Assembly (NCBI GenBank): GCA_049860595.1
Contig: CP187551.1
Direction: 5' to 3' (one strand)
DNA: 64,000 nucleotides
Source of the DNA: Methanocaldococcus sp. 16A
GTDB lineage: Archaea > AGJL01 > Methanococci > Methanococcales > Methanocaldococcaceae
Under the pieces are notes generated by a model that saw only the letters and a program-made list of their open reading frames with translations, searched no databases and was not told the DNA's origin. The translations under genes and the position numbers were made by a program. Positions 54,745-64,000 of this stretch are shown here, piece after piece (positions within the stretch are counted from its first letter, which is position 1; each line of letters opens with the position of its first letter).

Positions 54745-55068
54745 ATGGAAATTGTTAAAATTGCTCCAGAGATTGACATTGTCATGGATGTTAATTCTGG
54801 TTTAGTAGCAGAGATGAGAAAAGATGTATTAATGATTGATTTAAATCCTGTTGAAGAAAGAATTAAAAATTTAGAGAAATTGGTTAATGCATTCGAGAAT
54901 TCATTAGACCCAAGATACCCACCATTAAACTCATTTCCAAATAGAGATGGAGTTTATGCAATAGCTGGTTACTTTAAAGGAATATTCTTTGGATTTTGGA
55001 TAACATTGGCAATAATGACACTTGCAATATTTACAATAATTAAACTATTTCCAGGTTTAATTCAATAA
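54745..55068 (+). CDS. mtrB: Mtr subunit B
   Basis: I.PE..IVMD, SLDP..LNSFP.R.G and C-terminal TM; operon position. Confidence 0.93.
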   Translation: MEIVKIAPEIDIVMDVNSGLVAEMRKDVLMIDLNPVEERIKNLEKLVNAFENSLDPRYPPLNSFPNRDGVYAIAGYFKGIFFGFWITLAIMTLAIFTIIKLFPGLIQ

Positions 55069-55130
55069 TTATCCCTTATAATAATTTTAAATAAATTCAG
55101 AGAGTTTTATAAAGATAGAGGTGTTGAAAT

Positions 55131-55859
55131 ATGGTTGAAAAAAAAGAACCTGCACCAGGATGGCCAATTGTTTCTGGAGAGTATGTTGTCGGTAACCCAG
55201 AGAGCTGTGTTGGTGTCGTGACACTTGGTTCTCATGGTTTAGAGCAGGCATGTATTGATGCTGGAGCTGCTATCGCTGGACCCTGCCACACAGAAAACTT
55301 AGGTATTGAAAAAGTCATTGCTAATTATATATCAAACCCAAACATTAGATTCATGATTCTTTGCGGTTCAGAAGTTCAGGGACATATAACAGGACAGTGT
55401 TTCAAAGCGTTATGGGAAAATGGTATTGGAGACGATGGAGGAATCATCGGAGCTAAAGGAGCAATTCCATACTTAGAAAATGTTGGGAAGGATGCAGTTG
55501 AAAGATTTAGAAGACAAATTATTGAAGTTATAGATTTGATAGATGTTGAGGATGTGAATAAAATAACCCAAGCTATAAAAGAGTGTATAAATAAGGACCC
55601 TGGAGCAATTGATGAAGAGCCAATGATTTTGGATTTAGAAGGTGGAGGGGGAGGAGGAGAGGAAGAAGAAGAGGGTGAAATAAAACCAATGTCCCCAGAA
55701 GTAGCATTATTAGAGGCAAGAATGAGATTAATCTCTGAAAAAATCAATTCTACGGCGTTATTATCAAAATATAATTCAGGATACTATAATGGAAAAGTTC
55801 AGGGAATTGCAATAGGGTTGTTTATTTCAATACTTTTATTCTCCCTCTTAGGAGTTTAA
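55131..55859 (+). CDS. mtrA: Mtr subunit A (corrinoid protein)
   Basis: [22 protein letters not shown] and GSEVQGH corrinoid ligand. Confidence 0.98.
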   Translation: MVEKKEPAPGWPIVSGEYVVGNPESCVGVVTLGSHGLEQACIDAGAAIAGPCHTENLGIEKVIANYISNPNIRFMILCGSEVQGHITGQCFKALWENGIGDDGGIIGAKGAIPYLENVGKDAVERFRRQIIEVIDLIDVEDVNKITQAIKECINKDPGAIDEEPMILDLEGGGGGGEEEEEGEIKPMSPEVALLEARMRLISEKINSTALLSKYNSGYYNGKVQGIAIGLFISILLFSLLGV

Positions 55860-55881
55860 ATATAATTAGAGGTGGAAAAAC

Positions 55882-56121
55882 ATGAGTGAAGAAGAAAAGA
55901 AAACCACAGGTATTAAAGGAATACCTAAAATTGTTAAACCAGATTTGGAGTATTGTGATAAGTTACTAAATAACTTGGAATACAAAGTAGGTTTGATGAC
56001 AAGAGACCTTGGTTTAGCTTCAGGAGTATTTTCAAAATCAACACAAGGAGTTATCATAGGTTCAATTATTGCATTAGTGTTAGTTGTTATTCCAATAATA
56101 TTAAAATTATGTATAGGGTGA
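55882..56121 (+). CDS. mtrF: Mtr subunit F
   Basis: P......LEYKVGL..RD..L.SG plus TM; operon position. Confidence 0.88.
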   Translation: MSEEEKKTTGIKGIPKIVKPDLEYCDKLLNNLEYKVGLMTRDLGLASGVFSKSTQGVIIGSIIALVLVVIPIILKLCIG

Positions 56122-56126
56122 ATTAA

Positions 56127-56375
56127 ATGAGCGATGATGTTCCAACAGTAATTACACCTACAAAAGAATTTAAAAGATTAATGGAAAAACTTGATGAGCT
56201 TGAAGAAAAAGTAGAAAATACAAATGCTGAAATATTCCAAAGAGCAGGCAAAAAAGTTGGGAGAGATTTAGGAATTGCTTATGGTTTAATTATTGGAACA
56301 ATAATATCAATTGTATTACCTTATATAATCAAAGTTATGAACTATATGATGAACATTACCATTTCTATAAAATAA
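56127..56375 (+). CDS. mtrG: Mtr subunit G
   Basis: LDELEEKVE..AE..QR.GKKVGRD.GI.YG. Confidence 0.95.
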   Translation: MSDDVPTVITPTKEFKRLMEKLDELEEKVENTNAEIFQRAGKKVGRDLGIAYGLIIGTIISIVLPYIIKVMNYMMNITISIK

Positions 56376-56411
56376 AAAACTATAAGTAATAAATTTTGAG
56401 GTGATGTAAAT

Positions 56412-57371
56412 ATGTTTAAATATGATAAGGAACAAATGGTTGTAGAGATTGCTGGTAGAAAAATAGGAGGACAGCCAGGAGAATATCCAACAGCTTTGGC
56501 AGGAACAATATTTTACGCAAGACACAAGATTGTTGAAGATGAAAGAAAAGGTATTTTTGATAAAGCAGCAGCAGAAGATTTAATCAATAAGCAAGCAGAG
56601 ATGGAGGATATTACAGGAAATCCTGCATTAGTCCAAGTATTTGGTGGAAACCCTGAAGCATTGACAAAATACATTGATTTTGTTGCAGAAATTTGGGATG
56701 GTCCAATGTTACTTGATTCTACATCAGGAGAAGCGAGAATGGCAGCAGCAAAAAGGGCAACAGAAGCAGGATATGCTAAGCAATGTATTTACAACTCTAT
56801 TAATGTTTCAATTGAAGAAGAAGAATTCCAAAACTTAGTAGAAAGTGATTTGGAAGCATCAATTATTTTATGTTTCGACCCAATGGACCCATCAGTTGAA
56901 GGTAAATTAAATGTTCTCTTAAATGGTGGAAAAACTGCTGATAAAGGAATGTTAGAATTAGCTGAAAAGGCAGGAATTAAATACCCATTAATTGATGTTG
57001 CGGTTACACCATTAGGAAATGGAGCTGGTAATGCAGTTAGAGCATCATTTGCTGTTAAAGCAAAATTAGGAATGCCTGTAGGAAGTGGTATTCACAACAT
57101 TCCATCAGCATGGGACTGGTTAAGAACATTTAGAAAACAGTTAAGAGAAAGTGGTAATGCACAGTTAGCTAAAGATGTCCATCATGTCTGTGATGTTGGA
57201 GCAAACTTAATTCAAGTTATGGCTTCTGGAGATTTTGTTTTATATGGTCCTATAGACAACGCTCAATTAGCATTCCCTGCAGTAGCTATGGTTGATATGG
57301 TTATTGCAGAAGCAGCGAAAGATTTAGGTATAAGCCCAGTAGATTCACATCCAATTAATAAACTATTATAA
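56412..57371 (+). CDS. mtrH: Mtr subunit H
   Basis: GGQPGEYPT..GTIFY, DST, IYNSIN, GSG.HN.PSAWDW and DFVLYGPI. Confidence 0.98.
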   Translation: MFKYDKEQMVVEIAGRKIGGQPGEYPTALAGTIFYARHKIVEDERKGIFDKAAAEDLINKQAEMEDITGNPALVQVFGGNPEALTKYIDFVAEIWDGPMLLDSTSGEARMAAAKRATEAGYAKQCIYNSINVSIEEEEFQNLVESDLEASIILCFDPMDPSVEGKLNVLLNGGKTADKGMLELAEKAGIKYPLIDVAVTPLGNGAGNAVRASFAVKAKLGMPVGSGIHNIPSAWDWLRTFRKQLRESGNAQLAKDVHHVCDVGANLIQVMASGDFVLYGPIDNAQLAFPAVAMVDMVIAEAAKDLGISPVDSHPINKLL

Positions 57372-57622
57372 AAAATTCTCAATATTATTCTTTTTTATTT
57401 GCTAAAAATATATTCTTGCGAACATTATAAAGTTCTAACCAACTCATAGTTTATATTCTCAAATTGAGAGAGAACCCACTATCCTCAATAATAATCTAAG
57501 GTAATACAACGATATTAATAAAAGTTTAATTGACAATTTCTTTTTATTTTAAGAAAAATTTATATATAATTATAACAAAAGGATAGAATATCAAAAACTT
57601 TTTATAATTTTTAGGTGTCCAT

Positions 57623-59185
57623 ATGGAACTACATAAATTATATATTCACAAAATGATAAAAAATCCATACAAGGATGGGCTAAAAATTGGGGCAGAGATT
57701 AAAAGAAAAATAGGTAAACCGTCTCTAATAATATTTATTACATCATTATTAGATGAAGAGAAATTAAAAATGGTCTTTGAAGGAATGAAAAAATCTATTT
57801 CTTTAGAAGGTCTTATTGGATGTTCTACAGGAGGGACATTTGTAGGGAATAAATATATAAAGAAAGATGGAGTCTTAATTTTAGCTTTTCATAGACATTT
57901 TAAATATGCAACCGCTTATAAAAAAATAGAAGAGAGTGCAGAGAAAACAGGAAAGACAATTGCAACAGAAATTAAAAATACACTTAGAGAGAAATACTTA
58001 TATTCTTTAGATGTAGAAGATAAGTTTCTTGGATTTGTATTTTTTAATTGGAATGAAAATCATGAACAAGAAATATTAGATGCTTTAGGGAAAGAACTTG
58101 GCTTTCCAATTGTTGGAGGAACTGCGGGGGATGATGGGTCGTTTAATAAAATTTTTTTGATATACAAAGGAGAGATTGTTAGAGATGGTTGTGTTTTTGG
58201 GGTTATTGGTGGAAAATTAAAATTTGATATAATTTATGGACATGGATATGAGCCAACAGATATTTATGCAAGAGTCACTAAGGCAGAGGGGAGGGTAGTT
58301 TATGAATTAGATGGAAAACCTGCTTATCAAAGATATTTGGAGATGATATCTGAATATACAAAACTTCCCAAACATATAGTTGAAAAATATCTAGGAATTA
58401 ATAAAAAAGAGAGATTAAAATATATAAACTTTTATCTTATTCATCCACTGGGTTTTATAGATATAAATGGAAATGTTATAACTGCATTCTTAGAAGATGT
58501 TGATGGGGATGGATTAATATTCAGAAGAAAAATTCCTGAAGGAACATTTTTAATATTGATGAGAACTAATTTAGAGAGTCAAGCTAAAGCACTTTCTGAT
58601 AAGATAAGAATTATTGAAGAGGATTATAGAAATCCACTTATTTTTATAAACGAATGTCATGGAATCGAAACTCTTAAAAATCCATTATATGGAAAATTTG
58701 AAGAAAGTCCTTTTCCATATTTTTTGGAGTTTTATAATGATAATAAAAAAATTGATAGGTATATTATTGGAGATAACTGTATTGGCTGGCTATCTTATGG
58801 AGAAACAATATCTAAGGACATATTGAGATTCCACAATAATTTATCATTTACTGGGGTTATATTTGAGTTAAAAGAGGCGTGTATAAATTGGAAAGAGGCT
58901 TTAAAAAACTTTAATTTTACTGATGAGGAAATTGAAGTTATAGTAAATTTAATCTATGATGAGTTGGATATAAAAGAGTTATCAGAAGTAACAAAAATAC
59001 CTATAGAAAAGCTTGAGGATGTGTTAAAGAATTTAGAAAAGAGGGGAATAGTTGGATATATTGACATAACAGGAAAATACTATATTGATAACTTAAAAGA
59101 GGTTTTGAAAAAGATTGATGAAGAACTTGACTTTGAATATAAAATTAAAAAAGCGGGAAGAGAAAGGTTGTTAAGAATTTTATAA
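57623..59185 (+). CDS. FIST-domain sensor fused to a C-terminal TrmB-like winged HTH
   Basis: IGCSTGG, GG.AGD, GHGYEP..VTKAEG.V.ELDGKPA and GWLSYGE..FHN (FIST_N/FIST_C); then FT.EE.EV..L..IKELS..T.IP...L..LEKRG.V. Confidence 0.8.
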   Translation: MELHKLYIHKMIKNPYKDGLKIGAEIKRKIGKPSLIIFITSLLDEEKLKMVFEGMKKSISLEGLIGCSTGGTFVGNKYIKKDGVLILAFHRHFKYATAYKKIEESAEKTGKTIATEIKNTLREKYLYSLDVEDKFLGFVFFNWNENHEQEILDALGKELGFPIVGGTAGDDGSFNKIFLIYKGEIVRDGCVFGVIGGKLKFDIIYGHGYEPTDIYARVTKAEGRVVYELDGKPAYQRYLEMISEYTKLPKHIVEKYLGINKKERLKYINFYLIHPLGFIDINGNVITAFLEDVDGDGLIFRRKIPEGTFLILMRTNLESQAKALSDKIRIIEEDYRNPLIFINECHGIETLKNPLYGKFEESPFPYFLEFYNDNKKIDRYIIGDNCIGWLSYGETISKDILRFHNNLSFTGVIFELKEACINWKEALKNFNFTDEEIEVIVNLIYDELDIKELSEVTKIPIEKLEDVLKNLEKRGIVGYIDITGKYYIDNLKEVLKKIDEELDFEYKIKKAGRERLLRIL

Positions 59186-59204
59186 AGGGATAGGAGGAAT
59201 TTAA

Positions 59205-59897
59205 ATGACTAATGCCATGAAAATTATAGAAATGCTTAGAATTATTGATAACAGAGCAAAATTTATGGGTATTAAATTAACTATGATGAAAAATTTATTA
59301 GAAAAATATAAAGATAATAAAGAATTACTAAAAGAAGTTTTAAAATTAACTGAAGGGACGCGGCTCCATGAATTAATATTAGAGGCATATCCTCCTTTAG
59401 AAGAGTTAGAAAAAGAACTTAAAGAAGAATATCAAATTAATCTCACAACTAGAGAAGAATTGGAGAGTAAAGAAGATGTCCATGAATTTTGTGTTTTTGA
59501 TGGTAATGTTTCTATTGTTGCTTATATAAGAGAATATCTAAGAAAATTCTACTTTGGAAGTAATATAAAAAGAATTTTTTATGATATTGGTAAAGATTAT
59601 GCAATTAGATTAGGGATTAATAATTATGAAGATATGATTAAATTTATGAATGAAGAATTTGGAGAAGTACATATTGAGAAGTCTGAACCTTTAACAATTA
59701 TTGTTAAAGATAACAAAGATTGCAAAAATTGTAGAGCATCAGAACCTGTTTGTTATTTAACAGCAGGATTTATAGCAGGATGTTTAGAAAATATGGCAGA
59801 TAGAAAATATATTGTGGATGTTGTAGAAAAAAAATGTCAAGCAGTTGGAGACCCATATTGTTTATTCATTGCAAGAAAATCAATAAGATTGGATTAA
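59205..59897 (+). CDS. V4R-domain protein
   Basis: IFY.IG..Y, DC..C, PVCY..AGFIAG.LE and E.KC.A.GD.YC.F. Confidence 0.85.
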   Translation: MTNAMKIIEMLRIIDNRAKFMGIKLTMMKNLLEKYKDNKELLKEVLKLTEGTRLHELILEAYPPLEELEKELKEEYQINLTTREELESKEDVHEFCVFDGNVSIVAYIREYLRKFYFGSNIKRIFYDIGKDYAIRLGINNYEDMIKFMNEEFGEVHIEKSEPLTIIVKDNKDCKNCRASEPVCYLTAGFIAGCLENMADRKYIVDVVEKKCQAVGDPYCLFIARKSIRLD

Positions 59898-59907
59898 ATT
59901 TTTGAAA

Positions 59908-60435
59908 TTAACCTTCTCTCCACATAATTGCAAAGTCCTTTAAAGCTTTTTTTACTCTTTCAATATTTCCTTCAATAATTACTTTATCTCTTTCATCACT
60001 ATATTCAAATATAACCCCATGCCACTCTCCTAAGTCACTTAATCTCTCAATTTGTATTTCTTTTTGTAGTTTCACTCTTATTGATTCAACCTTTCCTCTT
60101 TTTTTAACTTCTTTATTATAGTTACTTTTACTTAGTGGGAATTTAACATTAAGCTCTCCTCTAACTGCTTTTATCATCTTATTTAAATATTTTTCAGTTA
60201 GTTCTGCATCACACAAACTAAATAATTGAGATTGTATAAAATTTAGTTCTCTCTCAGCGTTTGATAATATATTTATAGAAGCGTGAGGGTCTAAAAGGTA
60301 ATAAGAAAGGAGAGCGTTAGCTAATCTAAGTTTTTCAAAAACAATTTCAGGAACTTTAATTCCTCTATTAACTAATTCAGCCGATAACTCAGACAATACA
60401 ACCCACTGCTTATCTAAGTTCCTTGCATCCCTCAT
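59908..60435 (-). CDS. DUF2096 family protein
   Basis: QW.VL.EL..L motif and a conserved methanogen neighbourhood upstream of idsA. Confidence 0.6.
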   Translation of the reverse strand: MRDARNLDKQWVVLSELSAELVNRGIKVPEIVFEKLRLANALLSYYLLDPHASINILSNAERELNFIQSQLFSLCDAELTEKYLNKMIKAVRGELNVKFPLSKSNYNKEVKKRGKVESIRVKLQKEIQIERLSDLGEWHGVIFEYSDERDKVIIEGNIERVKKALKDFAIMWREG

Positions 60436-60749
60436 TCCTTTAACCTCTCAATGTATCTTTTTAAAATATGCTCACTATCATAATTAATTCTAACATTCAT
60501 CTTCTTAAACTCTTCCTTCAATTTTTCTATATCAGTATCTTTATCTATAAAAAATACCTGATAACTTGTTGTAGAATTTATATTAAAGATGGCTACCTTA
60601 TCATCATCTTTCAACTCTCTATTCTCAATAGCTGCTCTAACTCTAACAAAGTTTTCCATTTCACTATTTAATGCTTCTTTAACAGTCAATATTGAAATTA
60701 AGGTGGCAACAAACTCCATTTTGTTATTATTATTCATAATATCCCTCAA
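60432..60749 (-). CDS. DUF749 family protein
   Basis: FV..RAAIE.REL..DD.VAI.NI..TTSY.V.F; start uncertain. Confidence 0.65.
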   Translation of the reverse strand: MRDIMNNNNKMEFVATLISILTVKEALNSEMENFVRVRAAIENRELKDDDKVAIFNINSTTSYQVFFIDKDTDIEKLKEEFKKMNVRINYDSEHILKRYIERLKE

Positions 60750-60764
60750 AATTTATTCTTCCTC

Positions 60765-60862
60765 GAATAGGACTTTCGCAGGAATAAATATGAAGAAGGA
60801 ATATTGATGCCTTTGGCATCATATTTTCATTATTAAATATATAAAGTGCGAAAGTCCTATTC
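60765..60862. repeat. Palindromic MITE-like repeat, family A (best-preserved copy)
   Basis: Perfect 16-bp terminal IR GAATAGGACTTTCGCA (60765-60780) / TGCGAAAGTCCTATTC (60847-60862); central TGATGCC-TTT-GGCATCA. Confidence 0.92.
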
Positions 60863-61336
60863 AAATTTAATTTCTTCTTCTGGTAATATGTAGAATACAT
60901 AGTTTTCTCTCTTTGCTGGAACTTCTTTTAAGAATAATACAATCCCATTAACTGGGGTATTGACGAATCTTATATCTCCCTTCCTACTCTGCAAAGCAGC
61001 TATTCTATGTCCTTCCAAAATTCTACAACCAAAATCTACAATTGGATAAACTTTGTAACCCTCAGCAGGGATTTCTAATAATCTTATCCCCTTTCTAATA
61101 TAAGTTAGTTGCTTAACACCTCCAACCTCATATTCAATGAGCATATCTCTTGTTACTTGCCCCATTAGTACATAGTTATCAAAATCATCATATATAACTT
61201 GATATAAAACTTTTCCATCTCCTTCATATTCCTCATTTTTATCTAAAAATTTTATAACTTTACCATCATTTTCAATAACAACCTTTCTACCTTCATGTTT
61301 TTCAGCATTTTCAACATATAATTTAGGAATTCTCAT
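60857..61336 (-). CDS. DUF2118 family protein
   Basis: IPKLYVE, P.EGY.V.PI and KGD.R....PV.G.V. Confidence 0.65.
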   Translation of the reverse strand: MRIPKLYVENAEKHEGRKVVIENDGKVIKFLDKNEEYEGDGKVLYQVIYDDFDNYVLMGQVTRDMLIEYEVGGVKQLTYIRKGIRLLEIPAEGYKVYPIVDFGCRILEGHRIAALQSRKGDIRFVNTPVNGIVLFLKEVPAKRENYVFYILPEEEIKFE

Positions 61337-61345
61337 TTTTTCACC

Positions 61346-62302
61346 TTAATAAATCCTATTCATTATAAAGTCAGCTAAATCTTCTAAAACTTTTCTTCTG
61401 TCTTTATCAAATATCTTTAAATAGTTCTTTGCTTCTTCTGTTTTTTGTTTCATAAGCTCTTTTGCATATTCTATTGAAGGCTTCAATATATCAATAGCCT
61501 CTTTAATCTCTTCATCTCCAATATCTTTATTTCCTAAAATTTCTAATAATCTTTTCTTTTTCTCTTCGTCTAATGTTTTTAAAGCATGAATTACAATTAT
61601 AGTTTTTTTACCTTCCCTTATATCACTTCCAACAGGCTTACCAATCTTCTTTTTATCTCCAATTAAATCTAATATGTCATCTTGTATTTGAAAAGTTAAT
61701 CCAATCCTTTTTGCATATTCTTTCAACGCTTTTTTTTCTTCTTCATTACAATCTGCCATTACTGCCCCAATCTCTACAGAAGCTTCTAATAAAGCTCCTG
61801 TCTTTTTTCTAATCATCTCTAAGTATTCTTCCATTGTAGGATAATAGTTTTCAAACTCCATATCCATTGCCTGACCTTCACAAACATCAACACACGCTTT
61901 TGATAGAATTTTTAAAACTTCATGAGCTTTTTTAGGATCTTTTATTCTTGAAATAGCTTCAAAAGCTTTTGCATATAATAAATCTCCAGCCAATATTGCC
62001 ATTGGGTCTCCATAAACTACATGAACTGTTGGCTTTCCTCTCCTTTCATCATCGTTATCCATAATGTCGTCGTGTATTAATGTATAGTTGTGTATGAGTT
62101 CAACACTAACCGCAGCTGGTAACACTTCGTCAATATCATCCTTCTTTAGCTTATAAGTGACAACAGCTAAATATGGTCTAATCCTTTTTCCTCCAGCAAA
62201 CAAAAGATGTTTTGATGCATTATATAACTTATCATCTTTATCCACATAAGTTTTTAATTCTTCATCTATTTTTTGTAATATGTTCTTATCAAATAGCATC
62301 AT
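61346..62302 (-). CDS. idsA: Short-chain isoprenyl diphosphate (GGPP/FPP) synthase
   Basis: GGKRIRP, LIHDDIMD..RRG, GQAMD, KTG, FQIQDDILD and GSDIREGK. Confidence 0.95.
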   Translation of the reverse strand: MMLFDKNILQKIDEELKTYVDKDDKLYNASKHLLFAGGKRIRPYLAVVTYKLKKDDIDEVLPAAVSVELIHNYTLIHDDIMDNDDERRGKPTVHVVYGDPMAILAGDLLYAKAFEAISRIKDPKKAHEVLKILSKACVDVCEGQAMDMEFENYYPTMEEYLEMIRKKTGALLEASVEIGAVMADCNEEEKKALKEYAKRIGLTFQIQDDILDLIGDKKKIGKPVGSDIREGKKTIIVIHALKTLDEEKKKRLLEILGNKDIGDEEIKEAIDILKPSIEYAKELMKQKTEEAKNYLKIFDKDRRKVLEDLADFIMNRIY

Positions 62303-62341
62303 TCCACCTCATTTTAGATTATTAAAAAGTTTATAGAGATA

Positions 62342-63688
62342 TTATATAATTCTTTCAAAGCTTAAGCATTGTCCATTTCTTAATAAATGGACATCTTCTC
62401 CTAATCTATATCCTTCTTCTTCAGCTAATTTTGTATATTCAGCAGTTAAATTGAAGTCACCATGTGAAGGGATTATGTGTTCAGGATTCAACCATCTCAA
62501 CATATCTCTGTGGTCTTCTTTTGCAGCGTGTCCAGAGACGTGAGCCCCTTTGAATATTCTAACTCCTAACAATTTTAATCTTGATTCTAACATATACCTT
62601 TGGGCAGCGTTCATTGGGTTTGGAATAGGGTCTGCTGAAAATACAACACAATCATATTTATCAAACTTGTATGGTGTTTTGTTAGTAGCCATTCTTGATA
62701 ACACAGCACCTTCTTCCCCTTGGTGTCCTGTTGCTATTATTAGATATTTTTCCTTACCTTCTTTAACAATATTCTTTAAGGCCATCTCTATGGAACTTGG
62801 GTCTCCATAAATTCTTAAATTATCTGGAAATTTAACTATACCGATATCTTGAGCTATCCCACAATATCTCATCATACTTCTTCCTAATAAAACAGGAGTT
62901 CTATCCATTTTTTCAGCTATATCAGTTATAGATTTTATCCTTGCAATGTGAGAAGAGAAAGTAGTTACAATAACACCATTTTTATCATTGTCAGCAGCTA
63001 ATAAATCATTTTTCAATAAACCAGAAGCAATAATCTCTGGCGGAGTTTTTCCTTCATGGTTTATTCTTGTTGTTTCCGATATAAAGCATAAAACCCCATT
63101 CTTACCAACTTTTTTTATGGCCCTATAATCAGGTCTTTCTCCAACAACTGGGAAGTTATCAAATTTAAAGTCATTTCCATATACTATTGCTCCGTAAGGA
63201 GTATGTAAAACAGGCAAAACAGCATCTGGAATACTGTGAGTAATTCTAATAAACTCCAATGTTATGTTTGGAGTTAAATCAATAGATTCTCCAGCATTTA
63301 AAACAATTAAAGGATTTCTAACGTCAAATTTTTTCTCACTTAAGATTTCTCTCTTAACTAACTCAATTGTGTATGGAGTTCCAATGATTGGAGCATTATA
63401 TCTATGAGCTAATTTAGGAACAGCCCCAATGTGGTCTAAGTGGCCATGAGATAAAACAATGGCTTTAACTTCCCCTTCAATATTTTTCATAACTGTATCG
63501 TTTGGAATTATTCCCTTTTCAATTAACTCTAAGCTATGAAGTTTTGATATATCAGTATCTTCGTGGATTAAAACTCTATCTAATCTAACTCCCATATCTA
63601 ATATTATAATTTCTCCATCTACATTAACAGCCGTCATATTTCTTCCAACTTCTTCATAACCACCAATTGCAATAATTTCTAATTTCAC
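62342..63688 (-). CDS. rnj: Ribonuclease J (beta-CASP metallo-beta-lactamase)
   Basis: GG.EEVGRNM, SHGHLDHIG, HSIPD, DFKFD, TGHQGE, HVSGH and PSHG. Confidence 0.93.
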   Translation of the reverse strand: MKLEIIAIGGYEEVGRNMTAVNVDGEIIILDMGVRLDRVLIHEDTDISKLHSLELIEKGIIPNDTVMKNIEGEVKAIVLSHGHLDHIGAVPKLAHRYNAPIIGTPYTIELVKREILSEKKFDVRNPLIVLNAGESIDLTPNITLEFIRITHSIPDAVLPVLHTPYGAIVYGNDFKFDNFPVVGERPDYRAIKKVGKNGVLCFISETTRINHEGKTPPEIIASGLLKNDLLAADNDKNGVIVTTFSSHIARIKSITDIAEKMDRTPVLLGRSMMRYCGIAQDIGIVKFPDNLRIYGDPSSIEMALKNIVKEGKEKYLIIATGHQGEEGAVLSRMATNKTPYKFDKYDCVVFSADPIPNPMNAAQRYMLESRLKLLGVRIFKGAHVSGHAAKEDHRDMLRWLNPEHIIPSHGDFNLTAEYTKLAEEEGYRLGEDVHLLRNGQCLSFERII

Positions 63689-63800
63689 ACTCTCACATCC
63701 TTTAATTTTTATTTTAATTTTATAAATTCATTAATTTTTTATATTTGTGTCTGCAAATATTTAATTGTTTTAAATAAACTTACAGACGAACATCTAAGAT

Positions 63801-64000
63801 AAATAGAATTTTCGCAGTTTATATACCAATTAAAGAATTAACTGTCTGAATTCACTTTAATAAGGTAAGGTATTATGGTAATTTTGAAGCCAAAGGTATC
63901 ACATATTGAGACTTTCGCAATTTATATTTCATTTAAGGTATTTATGATGTTAAAAATTTGAAAGTCTTCCAAAAGGAAGATATTCATTACTCAATTCAAA
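63801..64000. repeat. Cluster of partial family A and family B repeats
   Basis: AAATAGAATTTTCGCAG (63801), TGAAGCCAAAGGTATCA (about 63885), GACTTTCGCAATTTATA (about 63910), then AAAATTTGAAAGTCTTCCAAAAGGAAGATATTCA (about 63953). Confidence 0.75.

Noticed and set aside
55640-55676. GGA/GAA-rich run in mtrA
   Set aside because: It encodes the ordinary Gly/Glu linker between the corrinoid domain and the membrane anchor.
57372-57622. Possible pseudogene or sRNA between mtrH and the FIST gene (short TTCTCAAATTGAGA hairpin)
   Set aside because: The frames I checked gave no recognisable peptide and there are no box motifs; the hairpin is too short to be significant in AT-rich DNA.

Overview
An AT-rich window from a hyperthermophilic methanogen, very probably Methanocaldococcus; gene order closely follows my recollection of M. 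jannaschii MJ0790-MJ0861. The core part holds argH, methanogenesis markers 15/17, AmmeMemoRadiSam genes, a RavA/ViaA-like pair, cobJ, dys, mfnD, asd, the S-layer gene, moaA, aRF1 and a RecJ-like nuclease. It also holds an anaerobic ribonucleotide reductase with one LAGLIDADG intein, an EppA/type IV pilus locus, mptB, two tRNAs, priS, mfnF, mmp10, the complete mcrBDCGA and mtrEDCBAFGH operons, idsA and RNase J. The most notable accessory element is a three-gene minus-strand defence cassette at 5397-9462. It encodes a fused PD-(D/E)xK nuclease/m6A methyltransferase and a two-TRD specificity subunit with no HsdR translocase, and a small HEPN-like (RxxxxH) gene sits between them, resembling a PrrC-style restriction-guard module. 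Features missed by the ORF track: a C/D box guide sRNA between amrS and amrA, three gene remnants (WYL-like, ABC permease tail, archaeal ATPase head), two dispersed palindromic MITE-like repeat families, a synonymous-only duplication of a gene 3' end, and several homopolymer indels that may be assembly errors. All family calls come from motif recognition by eye, not database searches.
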